DNA of 64,000 nucleotides, taken from assembly GCF_032191835.1 (NCBI RefSeq), contig NC_083232.1, positions 65,720,001 to 65,784,000 on the forward strand. The letters run 5' to 3'. The position numbers were made by a program, and so were the translations under genes. The notes beneath the pieces were generated by a model that was given only the letters and a program-made list of their open reading frames with translations, did no database searches and had not been told where the DNA came from. Source of the DNA: Heteronotia binoei (lineage: Eukaryota). Positions 50,312 through 62,541 of this stretch are shown here, piece after piece; position 1 is the stretch's first letter; the number at the start of each line of letters is the position of its first letter.

Positions 50312-51403
50312 TAGGACTGCCAAGTCCAACTCAAGAAATATCTGGGGACTTTGGAGGTGGAGCCAGGAGACTTTGAGAGTGGAATCAGGAGCGAGGGTGT
50401 GACAAGCACGGTTGAACTCCAAAAGGAGTTCTGGCAATCACATTTAAAGGGACCATGCTCGTTTTCAATGCCTTCCTTCCATAGGAAATAATAAAGGATA
50501 GGGCACCTTCTTTGGGGGCTCATAGTCCAAGCTCTTTGAGACTTGGGAGATGTTTTAAGGAGAGGCACCGGATGCTTTGCTGAAATTTTGGTGCCTCTAC
50601 GTCAAAAACAGCCCCTCTGGAGCCCCAGATACCCACAGATCAATTCTCCATTCTTCTTCTTCTTGGCTTGACTTCGTGAACGAAGATTTAAGAAAGGTGC
50701 AGTAGACCACGTCTGCTGCAGGCTCGCTGGTGGCTGACAAGACCAATGCGGGACAGGCAGGTCCGGCCACAGTGGCTGCAGGGAAAAGTCTGATTTGGGG
50801 TTGGTGCTGTAGCAGTGCGATTCTTACTCAATCTCCTTTTGTCCTCAAGACCAGCTATACGTGCGTTCTCAAAGGAAGAGACAGCCTGGTGGATGGTGTG
50901 CCTCCATGCTTTGCGATCTGAGGCTAGGTCAGACCACTGGTGATGGTTGATGCAACAGGTACCAAGGGATTTCTTCAAGGAGTCCTTGTACCTCTTCTTT
51001 GGTGCCCCTCTATTTCGATGGCTGGTGGAAAGTTCGCCATACAGGGCAATCTTGGGAAGGCGGTGGTTTTCCATCCTGGAAATATGCCCTGCCCAGCGCA
51101 GCTGTGTCTTCAACAGCAGTGCCTCGATGCTTGTAACCTCCGCCCGCTTGAGGACTTCAGTGTTGGTCACAAAGTCACTCCAGTGGATGTTGAGGATGGT
51201 GTGAAGGCAGCGCTGATGAAACGGTATAAAACCCACGATTCGGTGCCGTAATTCTCCATTATACCCTATGGAAATTGATCTCCACAGGGTATAATGGAGT
51301 GCTCAGCATACATCCCCCCCCCTGCTTTCTGATGACCCTGAAGCAAGAGGAGGGCCTCCAAACTGCGGAATCCCCTGCCCCCAACTGGGGATTGGCAATC
51401 CTA
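50312..51403 (+). mobile_element. hAT MITE, same family, interrupted by an RTE
   Basis: TIRs TAGGACTGCCAA/TTGGCAATCCTA; perfect TSD TGGGAAGG at 50304-50311 and 51404-51411. Confidence 0.9.
50653..51249 (-). mobile_element. 5'-truncated RTE-clade LINE
   Basis: ORF 50688-51236 with QLRWAGHISRM...LPKIALYGEL and C-terminal CSHC...H motif; (AGA)n tail; 11-bp TSD AATTCTCCATT at 50642-50652 and 51250-51260. Confidence 0.92.
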
Positions 51404-51687
51404 TGGGAAGGCAATATAAAGTCAGCTTTCAGTCAGTAGGACTGAGCTCCTCAACACACACACTTTCTTCCAAAAAAGCTTTAAAAACATTGCTGCCAAT
51501 TAGGCTCTATGGCCAGAAATAACCCCACAAGAGAAAAGTGGCTAAAAGTAAGCAGTTTGGGGTGGGAAGGAAGAAGATTCATTTTCTCCCCTCCCACTCA
51601 ATATAGTAGCCACTTTGTGTGTATGTCTTTGATACAGCTGGGATAGTGAGCCAGTTTGCTTTAGCAGTTTGAGTTTTGGTGTAGGAC

Positions 51688-51959
51688 TAGGGTTGCCAGA
51701 CTCCAGGTGGGGTCTAGAGATCTCCCACTTTTACAACAGATCCCCAGCTGGCAGAGATCAGCTGTCCTGGAGAAAATGGCTGCTTTGAAGGGAGGACTTG
51801 TACCATGCTGAGGCCTCTTCCCTCCCCAAACCCCGCCCTCTCCCAGATCCACCCACAAAGTGCCTGCTTCGGCGGGGAGGGCGGGATACAAATAAAAGTT
51901 TATTATTATTATTATTATAAAGTCTCCAGGTATTTTCCAACACAGACCTGGTAATCCTA
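51688..51959. mobile_element. hAT MITE (short TAGGGTTGCCA type) with an embedded L2/SINE-like tail
   Basis: TAGGGTTGCCAGAC...CCTGGTAATCCTA; internal GGGCGGGATACAAATAAA and (TAT)n; no clean TSD. Confidence 0.7.
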
Positions 51960-54943
51960 CAGTTTTATAGAGGGAATTGGTACCATCCAGGTTGGGGACA
52001 GAGCTGTGCTGACACATCCAGTTGAAACTTCAGAGCTAATCATCTCTGACTGGAGTCTTTTATCTTTTTTTATTTAGTAGCTTCAGAGCGCAGAACCAAA
52101 GAGGACAGGTAATGATGTTTACTGCATTCCTACTCTGTTTCCTTTGAAGCAGCACCCTGGAGATTCTGTGGCACCTTAGTAAGATCCTTCATGTTTCTTC
52201 TGAGGGATTCCAGAAACCTTTGGCTCACTTTGACACCTAGGCTGTTTTCCAGGTTAGTGATTTTTATTACAATCAACTTTGCAAACTTATATTGGTTTGC
52301 TTGAAATTATACACAGATTCTTACATAATGGGAGCTTTTGGTTTGGAATTGGATCCAAAGGTGTCCTTGTGCAAGTTGATTTCCTTTTCATACTGAAATC
52401 CTCCTTCTCCTCACCAAGTCTATACCCCAAAGGGTTGCCAGACCTTCACAAATAGTGTTTTAGAGGGCTTCAGTGATGAAAATAGGGCAGGAATGACCCA
52501 TTCTATGACCACGAGTTCCAATTTGTTAGATTCCAGTTATGTTTCGCATTTTTACTTGTAGAAAGCAACTTTGTTAATTACAGTGGTCTGGACTGTGTCT
52601 CTCAGTGACCATCACATTTTTGTTTAGGTGTTCAATCCAGATTTCTTTAATGTATGCTGACTACAATCCATAGTCATCAGCCTTAAGGACAACACTTCCA
52701 TCTCACTTTACATTTAGTTTAATTTTGTGTGTGTGTTTGCTTTCACAGCCTTGTAATTTAATAGAAAGTACGATATGATCATCAGCACTTTTAAACTGAG
52801 ATGGAGTCACACACGCACAGAGAAACCTGTCAATACTACAAAGTCTGTGAAATGATACTTAAGGATGTGGAAATGCCGGGGCTAGCCCTGGCCCTTGGAA
52901 CTGTTAGAATTGTTCTTCACCTAGTTTCATTTAAATTATGCTTATTAGTTGCCGGTTGTGGAAATGCTACTACTTCAGACGGAATTCTGAGTGGCTTATA
53001 GGGAGAGAACTTAAGATGTGAGAAATACCATCAAAGCAGACATAGATGAGTGACAAATCGCTAGTTGGGGGGCAGATTGGTAAATGCTAAGTATTTGAAT
53101 GTTAAAGGAACTCCAATCAAAGTCTAATTGGCACTATTGCAGTGATTAATTTTTGTAGATCCAGCTGAGAGTCCTGCAGGGTATCAGTGGTTTTGCTGAC
53201 ACAGGAGGCGGCAAAAGCCCAAAGAAAGCAAAACAGACTTTCCAAAGATAATGCTCAGATGCTTGCTTTACTGATCAATAGAGCAACAATGGGAACTAAC
53301 TCTGGAAGGCTACTTTTGTACTGCAATGAACAATACAAGATCCAAGCAATAAAAAACTTAAGATGACAGGATGTTCAAAATATTATTTCTTGACCTTAAA
53401 ATTCTACTTTCTAACATACAATCACTCTTTCTAAGAGCACCAAGTACACATTTGGATAACCAGAGGCTAGATTTTTTTTAATTCTTTGTTGCATTTTGTC
53501 TTATTTTGCTTCTTTTCTTAGAAAAGTCATCCATGCCGGTCAAGATTTGTCTTCCGGCATTACTAACCACATTGCTCTTAAAAGACTGTCCATAATCAGA
53601 CATATATAAAACTTCTTTTCTCCTTTCGCCATTTTAATTTCCTTCAGCAATTTATCACCTCTTTGTGGCTCACACATATGGAACAACCAGGGAAATTTCT
53701 TAACACCCCTTGTAGCAAGTCATATGGAGAGAACCACTACTATTTTTCATTTTCAGAGCCTAGAGCAAGACAAACGAAAGAGCACCCAGCCCAAAACCGA
53801 AGTACACTAAAACTATATATTAATTTCTTTTAGCAACTGACACCCTCCAGCAAGAGAGCATGAAAGAGCATGAAAATGTAAGGTCTTGGGGGGGATAGCA
53901 GGAGGAGTGAAAACAGTATCAGCTTAAAACAATGTACTATATGCATGCAAAGACATCCATATGTCCATGCTGGGTCACTATTAAAGTTGGAGACTGTAAA
54001 ATATTTGGCTACAAAAGTCTCTGGGGTCAGGTTTTGGAGCCAGACATTGACAAAAGTTGATGGTAAGTTAGTGAGAAAAGGCCATTCCAGCTGCCATCAA
54101 AGCTCTGCTTAGTTCATCTTCCCCTTCAGTTCCTGTTTACAAAAAGGTTTAAAGGCAGCAGAAGGAAGAGGACCAGGCTTCATCTCATCACTTGTTTATG
54201 TAGGCCTTTTGTATACTCTACATTTCTACCAATACAGCCAGGACCCAAAGCAGGGGAAAATAGCCATTCCAGAGAACAGTCCAGGCTTATCCAGTATTGG
54301 GCAATGAGACTGTTAACAAGGGCCTGGAGCTGCATATGGGATCTGCCATGTTAGCCTTCTGCCAAAGAAAGACCGTTACTCACATTTGCATCACCCACAA
54401 ATAGGACAGACTGCTCCAATACTGTAATTAAGATGGCTTGATTTGACGGCCCCAGTCACCAATCAGACCGCGACTGCTTCTCAAAACACCTTTTCTTCAA
54501 CTGCAGGCCTATTGCCTATTTCTTTGTTTGGAAACACTGCTATTTCTCCCTTTACCCTTTTGACCAGTTATAAGACATACCCAGGTCACTCTATTTCCAA
54601 GCCTGAAAAAAATTCTGTTGTCCACTCAGTCTTCATCTTTACATACCACAGGACCAAAAATTAAAGATTTTTTTGCCTAGGTTTAAGACTACCCTTGTCA
54701 TGTTAGCAGATAAGTCCCAATTCTGTACAAGCATCTCCTGTCTCTGCCACTTTCCCTTTTTAGATTCTGCCTAGACTTTTGGACTCCAGCCTTGAGACAC
54801 AGGCTGGACCTGCATAGATAAATAGTCACAGATTTTACTTTACGCCTTGGGGTATCTCTTCAGCCTCTTGCATCCTCTTGAGTATGAGAAATAAAACCCA
54901 AAGGGCCTTCCCTACTGCTGTCACTTCAGCTTGCTTAGGAGTT

Positions 54944-55150
54944 GGGTCGTGGCTCAACAGCTGTGCATCTGCTTCACTGGCAGAAGATTCCAGGTTCAAT
55001 CCACAGCATCTCCATTTCAAAGGATCAGGCTGTAGGTGATATGAATGACCTCAGCCTGTCACCCTGGAGAACTCTTGCTAGTCAGAGTAGACAATGCTGA
55101 CCTTGATAGAGCAATGGTCTGATTCAGTGTAAGGCCATGTCATGTATTTA
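54944..55150 (+). mobile_element. tRNA-derived SINE (Squam2-like)
   Basis: CAGGTTCAATCC B box and ACCCTGGAGAAC...GTAGACAATGCTGACC body. Confidence 0.78.
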
Positions 55151-57270
55151 TGCTGTGTGGGTGGCTGAAATGTTTGTTTTTTCTAGTGAGCTTTCTAGTG
55201 TTGGGAATTTTGGCTGACTCCTTGATATCAGTTTGATTACTTGAGTTAGTCAATTCTCAGTACAGAATTATATACTGTTCCCCCTTAATAAGCTTTGTTT
55301 CTGTTTTCACGCTATCCATATTCTCTGTATATTCTTTCCAGGTCTGTAGAGGCAGCCTATCACTTGATGAACAGATGTTGTATAGCTGTTCATGTAGGTC
55401 ACTGCCCAAATTGAGTTTTTCTAAACTGGCTGTAGAAATGCAACCAGCAACTCCTTTAGCATAAGCAGTGAAAGGAAGGTTTTTATGGTTTACACTCAGG
55501 CAATTTCAGGCAATGGGTTTCCTCACTGACATGTGTCTGGAGTTCACATTGCTCTCTGGCCACATATGGTAACATCCCCTAACCTTTCATTTCTGTTTAT
55601 TTTCTGCCATTTTTTGCCATCCCTGATGTGAAAAGGGGCCAAATAAACAGCACAACATCAAATGGGTGTATTGTAGAAAAGATTAAGGTATACATACAAA
55701 CTCCACATTATATACAAAAAACACTTTTTAAAAATACCTGGAATATGAACAATCTGAAAATTTCTTTCCTTGAAAGTAGTTACGTGGGAAGGAAATAGAC
55801 AGCTATTAAGAACAAATGAATGATATATATGCCTACAAAAAGGGGTCATCATCCAGGCTGTTAAGGTGCACATAATCTTTCTATGCAGCATCATGGTTGT
55901 GTGTTCTGATCCAGATAAAGCTTGGATCAAGAATGAGTTGCAGATCTGCAGTCTAGCTGTACTCATGAAAAAAAAGGTTTAAAAATTTACCTGGGATCTA
56001 AAGCATGAACTGGGCTCATGCAGGTGGTTTATACAAGCCTAGCTGAAATTTGGACTCCCCCGCTCTGGAACTGTTCATTTCTCTTTCACAGTTATTATAG
56101 CTATTAAAGGTCATATTCATTCAGATTTTAGCGAAGACATTGGATTTTCAAGCTGATCAGAATAGGATATGGGCCAGCACAAATGTAGTAGAGGCATTAC
56201 TTGGGTGAGGGATGGATTTTGAATAACTTGTTATGGAAATTGTTAATAGAAGAACTGAAATACGAAGTGAAAAACCCTGGTATAATTTCATCCCTAATAG
56301 CTGTCTGTATTAAGATGCAGAACATCATGTTTGTTGTTTTAGGCAAAAGTACCATAATCTAATTAGGGTGGATAATTTCATAAGCAGTGTATAATAGCAC
56401 AGATAAGCACAGATATATACATAGCAATTCATTTTTATGTCAAGAGTGCTTTCTAGAATGTGTTGTCTTCTACCCACAATCAGTTAGTTCACAGCAAGAA
56501 TCAGCAAGAAACTGAAGATTAAGTTTCTGTGATTTCCATCCCCTGTAATTGCTATCCAGCCCTCATGTTGATGAAGGCAAGAGCATCTCTTTCTTTTCCA
56601 AGGATTTTCCTCATATCCAGACTGTCACAAGCTGATGGTTTTCTGTCCATACATGGGACTGACTGCTAGTTCAGTATGTTAAACAAGAATACCAGCTCAA
56701 CATATTCCTGCCGTTTTTGAGCAGTACCATTATTGAGAACGTTTGCCAAGGCAGAACATTCAATAATGACTGCATTGACGTCAGAATGAGTGCTATCTGT
56801 TTCTGAAAAAACCAAGAGGCACTTCAGAGTTTGTACCAGCCCTGAGTTCTCCAAGTGCTGAATTAGATGACAGAAGGGGCTGGTTATCTTGTCTGAAGAA
56901 GTCTTTGAGATCTCCAGGCAAGCAATGAACAGGCTTGAGAACAAATTTAAGTCACTGCTTGTAGCAGCAGCCTGTTCCTTAAAAAAAAAAAAAAAGTAAA
57001 AGTACCACCCTTATTTGGTTTTTCCAAACAGCAGGAAATCATACCAATGAATTTTTTCAACCAGTCAAAAAGACTGTTTGCTGCAGCTTCCTGAACTGTA
57101 TCTGTCTAAGGTCATAGGCACATTTAATTGTCTTTACAACATCTTCCTCTGTCATAACATTATCACCCCCAAGGATTATCAGTTCTTTAGTGCCTCCTAG
57201 GGAAGGCACTGCTCAGCTGTTCATGGCATCTGAGATCTTTCTACAACCAGGATTTCAAAACTGTTGAGGC

Positions 57271-57398
57271 CAGAGCTTTTTGGTAGAAAAAGCCCAGCAG
57301 GAACTCATTTGCATATTAGCCCACACCCCTTGATGACAAGCCAGCCAAAACTGTGTTCCTGTGCATTCCTGATAAAAAAAACAAAATAAAACACCCTG
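57271..57398. mobile_element. Short hAT-like MITE carrying an octamer motif
   Basis: CAGAGCTTTT...CACCCTG ends; ATTTGCAT at 57307-57314. Confidence 0.62.
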
Positions 57399-57696
57399 GT
57401 TTCAGGCCCAGAAATCAATCAACATCAAGAGGCATATGGATTTGCAATGAGACCTCTGCCAGCACCAACCAGAATTCATCTGTTTGGGGTCATGATGGAA
57501 TCAGTCCATGACAATTAACAATGATTTTATGTGAACACCAAAAATACTTTTCTGGAATGTTTTATAGACATCTAAATTCTGTGTTTAGAGAGATCATGTA
57601 TCTGAAATACAGTTAGCAAATAAACGTTGTTTATGTAGTCCAAGGGAAAAATAATGGCAGCAACAGTTCAGTATCATTCTTTAGAAGTATTGCTTA

Positions 57697-58445
57697 AGAA
57701 CATAAGAGAAGCCATGTTGGATCAGGCCAATGGCTCATCCAGTTCAATATTCTGTGTCACACATTGGCCAAAAACCAGGTGCCACCTGGAGGTCCACCAG
57801 TGGGATCAGAACTCCAGAAGCCCTCCCACTGTTGCTCTCCAACCAAGAACATCACTACCACAGACAGAGTGTTCTATCTGGGCCTTGTGATTAATAGCCA
57901 CTGATGGACCACTGCTCCAAATGTTTATCCAATCCCCTCTTGAAGCTGTCTATGCTTGTAGCTGCCACCTCTTCCTGCGGAAGTGAATTCCATGTGTTAA
58001 TGATTTTTTTGGATGAAGAAGTACTTCCTTTTATCTTTTCTAAACCTACTGCTCATTAATTTAATTGAGTTCATGTATTGTGAGAAAGGAAGAAAAGTAC
58101 TTCTTTTTCTACCTTCTCTATCTCATGCATAATTTTGTACACCTCTATCATGTCATTCATTGATCGTCATTTCTACAAGCTAAAGATCCCTAACCTCTTT
58201 AACCTTTCTTCGTAAGGAAGGTATTCCATCCACTTACTCATTTAAGTTGTCCTCTTCTGCACTTTTTCCAGTGTAACAGTATCTTTTTTCAGGTGCGTTG
58301 ACTAGAACTATAGACAGTATTCCAAATGAGGCCACACCATCAATTTATACAGGGGCGTTATGATACTGGCTGATTTATTTTCAACTCCCTTTCTAATAAT
58401 CCCCAGCACAGCATTTGCCTTTATATCACAGTTGCACACTGAGGC
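57697..58445 (-). mobile_element. CR1 LINE 3' fragment
   Basis: Reverse strand gives decayed ORF2 (..PLYKLMVWPHLEYC..) and TCTCTTATGTTCTT tail. Confidence 0.88.
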
Positions 58446-58940
58446 GACATCAGGAGTCCTGCAGATGCTCACAAGGGCTTGCACATGGGATTTTATGGTT
58501 CTAAACCAGCTCCAAAATGCCCTGCTGTAGCTTCAGGCCTGTTCTAAACCTACAGCTAAAACTCACTGTCACAAGCAGGGGACCAGTGAGGGCCTCTACA
58601 GACTGCCACCACTCTGGTACTGGTCCATCTGGAAGGGCCCAGAGCACTCACCCGACCCCTCTGTCTTCCTTCTCAGCAAGTCCCTTTTATCCATGACTGA
58701 AGAGACATGAGGACCCAGGCATTATAATAATAAGTTTATTGTTATACCAATAAAGGTTTTTGGAATAGGAATAAGTTTATTGTAAGTGCTCAAGAACAAA
58801 CAAATGGGTTGTAAAATTATTACTGCAATAGTGAAATAGAAAAAAGCAGTAAAAGGTGGTACAAAGGAAAATAAAAGCCCTGACATAACTAACGATGTGT
58901 TCCCTCCTTCTGATTCCAACTCACTCCTCTTTGGATGAGG

Positions 58941-59217
58941 GATAAGATAAGATAAGATATTGGATTTATATCCCACCCTACTCTCCGAAGAGTCTCAGAG
59001 CGGCTCACAATCTCCTTTATCTTCCTCCCCCACAACAGACACCCTGTGAGGTAGGTGGGGCTGGAGAGGGCTCTCACAGCAGCTTGCCCTTTCAAGGACA
59101 ACCTCTGCCAGAGCTATGGCTGACCCAAGGCCAGGCTAGCAGGTGCAAGTGGAGGAGTGGGGAATCAAACCCGGTTCTCCCAGATAAGAGTCCGCAAACT
59201 TAACCACTACACCAAAC
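58941..59217 (-). mobile_element. Squam3-like SINE
   Basis: Highly similar to 7706-7990; (TCTTA)n tail. Confidence 0.88.
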
Positions 59218-61519
59218 AGGGACCTCTCCTGCTGCAGCCTCTCTCCAGCTCAGCCTTCCAAGAGGGATGGAAGGGATCCTGGGAGTTTTAGGCCCATTAG
59301 TAACCTGAGGTAGGCTTCTCTAGGCCTCATGGCCTAGGCCCAGGGTATGACACTCACAGACTCGCAAAAGTCACTGCCTTCTCACCTAACCTACTGTACA
59401 CATGAGGTCAAAACACAATTCCGAGCTTCTTGGAAGGAAAAGGCTGCTAAATAATGTTTTAAAGCAACACCAAGACTGAAATTTCGTGCCAATGTGTTTG
59501 AAGGTAACACTGGCTTGAGAGGACCTACTTCCAGGTGACTCAGCACAAGATTCATATATTTGTTTTATCAGAATGTGTACAAAGCACCAGCTGTGGACAT
59601 GCCTTTTTCTGCTTGAGTGAGAAGCACTGCAGTTCCAATGATAAATCTGAATGGTTTTTGAAAGAATAATCCTAGTGGCCATTGCATTTGTATCAAGGAT
59701 AGAATTGCAATGAACCAATATACCAGAGGAGGGCATACTTTGTGTTTCTGGAAACGACTTCATTTTTTCCCAAGAGATGTGGGAACTACTACTCACAAAG
59801 GAGGCTCAGTGGAGAAAGCCAGTCACAAAATGTCAGCTTATACAAAAATTTAAAAGTTTCTGAAATGCTCAGGTGGGCAAACCTGGAGCCCCCAAGAGGA
59901 TTTGTGGGATGGGATAGGTACATCTCTCCCAAGGAAAACCAGAAGTGATGAGCCAGGGAACAACATCTTCTAGGATTTTCAAAACCTCTAATACTAGAGT
60001 GCTGCCCCCAGACATCATGACAGCATTTCTGTTTTTCACTGGTTGTGCACCAGTTCTATTCCAGTGTGCCTCATTTTGCCACCATTTTTCTCCCACTGGT
60101 CTTTCAGGTGCTGATTGGCAACAACATGGATTACTGGGAGACCTGGCAAACCTATGAAACCTTTCTATGCTGTTTTCCCCAAAGTAACTGACCTTTACCA
60201 CCCTGAAACTATAACTTGCCCTTTTTGGGGGGTGGGATATACAATTACCACTATATTTTCCCCTGAAATAAGAAAATAGAGCTTTGATGCAGGAGGAAAA
60301 AACTCCTTTCCCACCCAAAGGAAGGGTGTCTGCCTGCATGCATGAAAGAGGATGAGGAGAGGTAGATGGAAAAGGGCACTGCTACTGTCATTTTCCCATC
60401 CAGAGTAAAGATCCATAAGTACTTCCATCTCCTTTAGATGAAACAAAGAGGAGAGAAGCTGCTGTAGTAGCTATAGTGCAAGGATAAGAAAATAATTAAA
60501 ACAGCACTGCAGAAAGGGTAGACACCTATGTTTTCTTGCTTTGACTCTTCTGAGTTACCTTCTTCCCAGCCCTGCACTATACAATTTAACTAATTTAAAT
60601 ACCACTTTATTCCAATTACATCCATCACCTGAATGGATGTTTTGGAAAGCAGATCTTGCTGCTATATCATGTTAAATTTATGTCCCGCATTTTGGTCAGC
60701 ATGATAAACATTACCTGAATATTTCCCAGTCTTAACAGTTCAAGTAACTTTGCTTTTGAAACATTCCCCAGTACCAAAAATATTTTAAGAACAAAACAAG
60801 ATGGATGCTGCCATAAACAGTGGCTGCTATTCAGGAAAACAAATATAATTCCTTCTTAGGCTCACAGAAAATGCTCTGTGGTTGTTCTGAATCTTGGCTC
60901 TTATTTAGAAAACACTCCTACAGTTCTTTCAGTAAGGATGCCATGGTAATATAGTGGGTTCAAGGCAATGAAGATGCAAGGTGGTAGCAATCATAGCTCT
61001 TTATTAGGTACAGCAAGGTATAGGGCTGCTCTTAAAGACTGGAGAACTGGGCCAATGGGGCCAACTATATACAGCTCAGGGTTCCAGCACAAGCACGTTA
61101 TTGGATCATTCAAACGGGCCAGGGGCTCGTGATTGGAACAGGGCAACAGGTATTTGTATCCTGCTGTCTATTGTTCCTGAGTCCCCAAGCTCCGTCCTTA
61201 TGGCGCCAATGAGCCCGGCAGGAACACACACACAAGAGTCTTCATTCAGGTCTGCATACCCAACAGTAATGTTACTGGATCAGGCAAACACAATGGTAAT
61301 ATTATTAGATCAAACAAGCGGTCTGTTTAGTCCAGTAAAAAAAACTATGACAAATCCACCTACGAAGAACCCAGATCAATACTTAGTATTCCATTTACTC
61401 TCCCTGATCAACAATCTAAGGTACTATTCACCTTATGTTATTTTAAAATTAGAACTCAGGTAGCACCCAATGAAGTTGACAACCAATGAATTCAAGACAA
61501 ACGAAGGGAAAAGCTTTGC

Positions 61520-61721
61520 GCCCTGACCTGGATGGCCCAGGCAAGCCCGATCTCATCAGATCTCAGAAGCTAAGCAGGGCAGATCCTGGCAAGTACCTCC
61601 AAGGAATACAAGGGCTGAGATTACCAGGAATACCAGGGCAGAGGCAGGCAATAGCAAGCCACCTCTCTGAACCTCTAAGCCCCACTAGGGGTTGCCAGTC
61701 AAACATGACTTCCAGACATGT

Positions 61722-61772
<51 letters not shown>
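61520..61772 (+). mobile_element. 5S rRNA-derived SINE with RTE/Bov-B-like tail and (CA)n
   Basis: GCCCGATCTCATCAGATCTCAGAAGCTAAGCAGGG matches vertebrate 5S rRNA; then GGCAGGCAATAGCAAGCCACCTCT and a (CA)n tract at ~61725-61772. Confidence 0.75.
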
Positions 61773-61775
<3 letters not shown>

Positions 61776-61844
61776 CTTATTTTAATGGAAGAACTTTGCT
61801 AGTGAATAATAGATTTGTGGAATTCACTGATGGCCACTGGCCTA

Positions 61845-62075
61845 GATGCTTTGGGAATCAGACAGCTTAATGGATGATAGGTCCATGACTATCAGCCAAT
61901 ATGGCTAAAGGAAAGTCTAGAAGAAGTAAATCTTTGAATACCAGTGCTAGGAGGCAACACCCTGGCTTCTATGCCATTTATTGGCCCTTCAAAGCAGCTG
62001 ATTGGCCACTGAATGAAACGGGGCTGCTCAGAAGCATCTCTTATGTACTGATGCTTTTGGTATCTTCCTCACAAG
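61845..62075 (+). mobile_element. CR1 3'UTR fragment
   Basis: Degenerate match to 40677-40985. Confidence 0.6.
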
Positions 62076-62262
62076 GAATATTTCTTTTTTTGCCTTTGCA
62101 ATGTCAGCGGTACTATTTCATAGGAGGAATACATTTATTTCTTTATACTGTATACCAGTAAATGGATTTAGTTAACAAAAATTCTAATGTAGGCAGCATT
62201 GACTAACACCTAGGAAAATTTAATATATTAAATAAACCTCTTTGCCATAGCAGTTGGAAGTT

Positions 62263-62541
62263 GAGAGCCAGTTTGGTGTAGTGGTTAAGTGTGCGGACTC
62301 TTATCTGGGAGAACCAAGTTTGATTCCCCACTCCTTCACATGCACCTGCTGATGTGACCTTGAATCAGTCATAAGTTCTGCAGCACTGTTCCTCTCAAGA
62401 GCAGTTTCTGTCAGAGCTCTCTCAGCTTCACCTACCTCACAGGGTGTCTGCTGTGGGGAGGGGAAGGGAAAAGAGATTGTAAACCACTCTGAAACTCCTT
62501 TGAGTAGTGAATAGCGGGGTATAAATCCAATCTCCTCCTCC
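62263..62541 (+). mobile_element. Squam3-like SINE (related subfamily)
   Basis: GAGAGCCAGTTTGGTGTAGTGGTTAAG head, CTACCTCACAGGGTGTCTG core, TATAAATCCAATCTCCTCC tail. Confidence 0.85.

Noticed and set aside
61101-61463. 120-aa ORF in unique sequence
   Set aside because: TTG start, no domain, no splice support.
61540-61590. 5S rRNA gene
   Set aside because: Partial, diverged and fused to a SINE tail.
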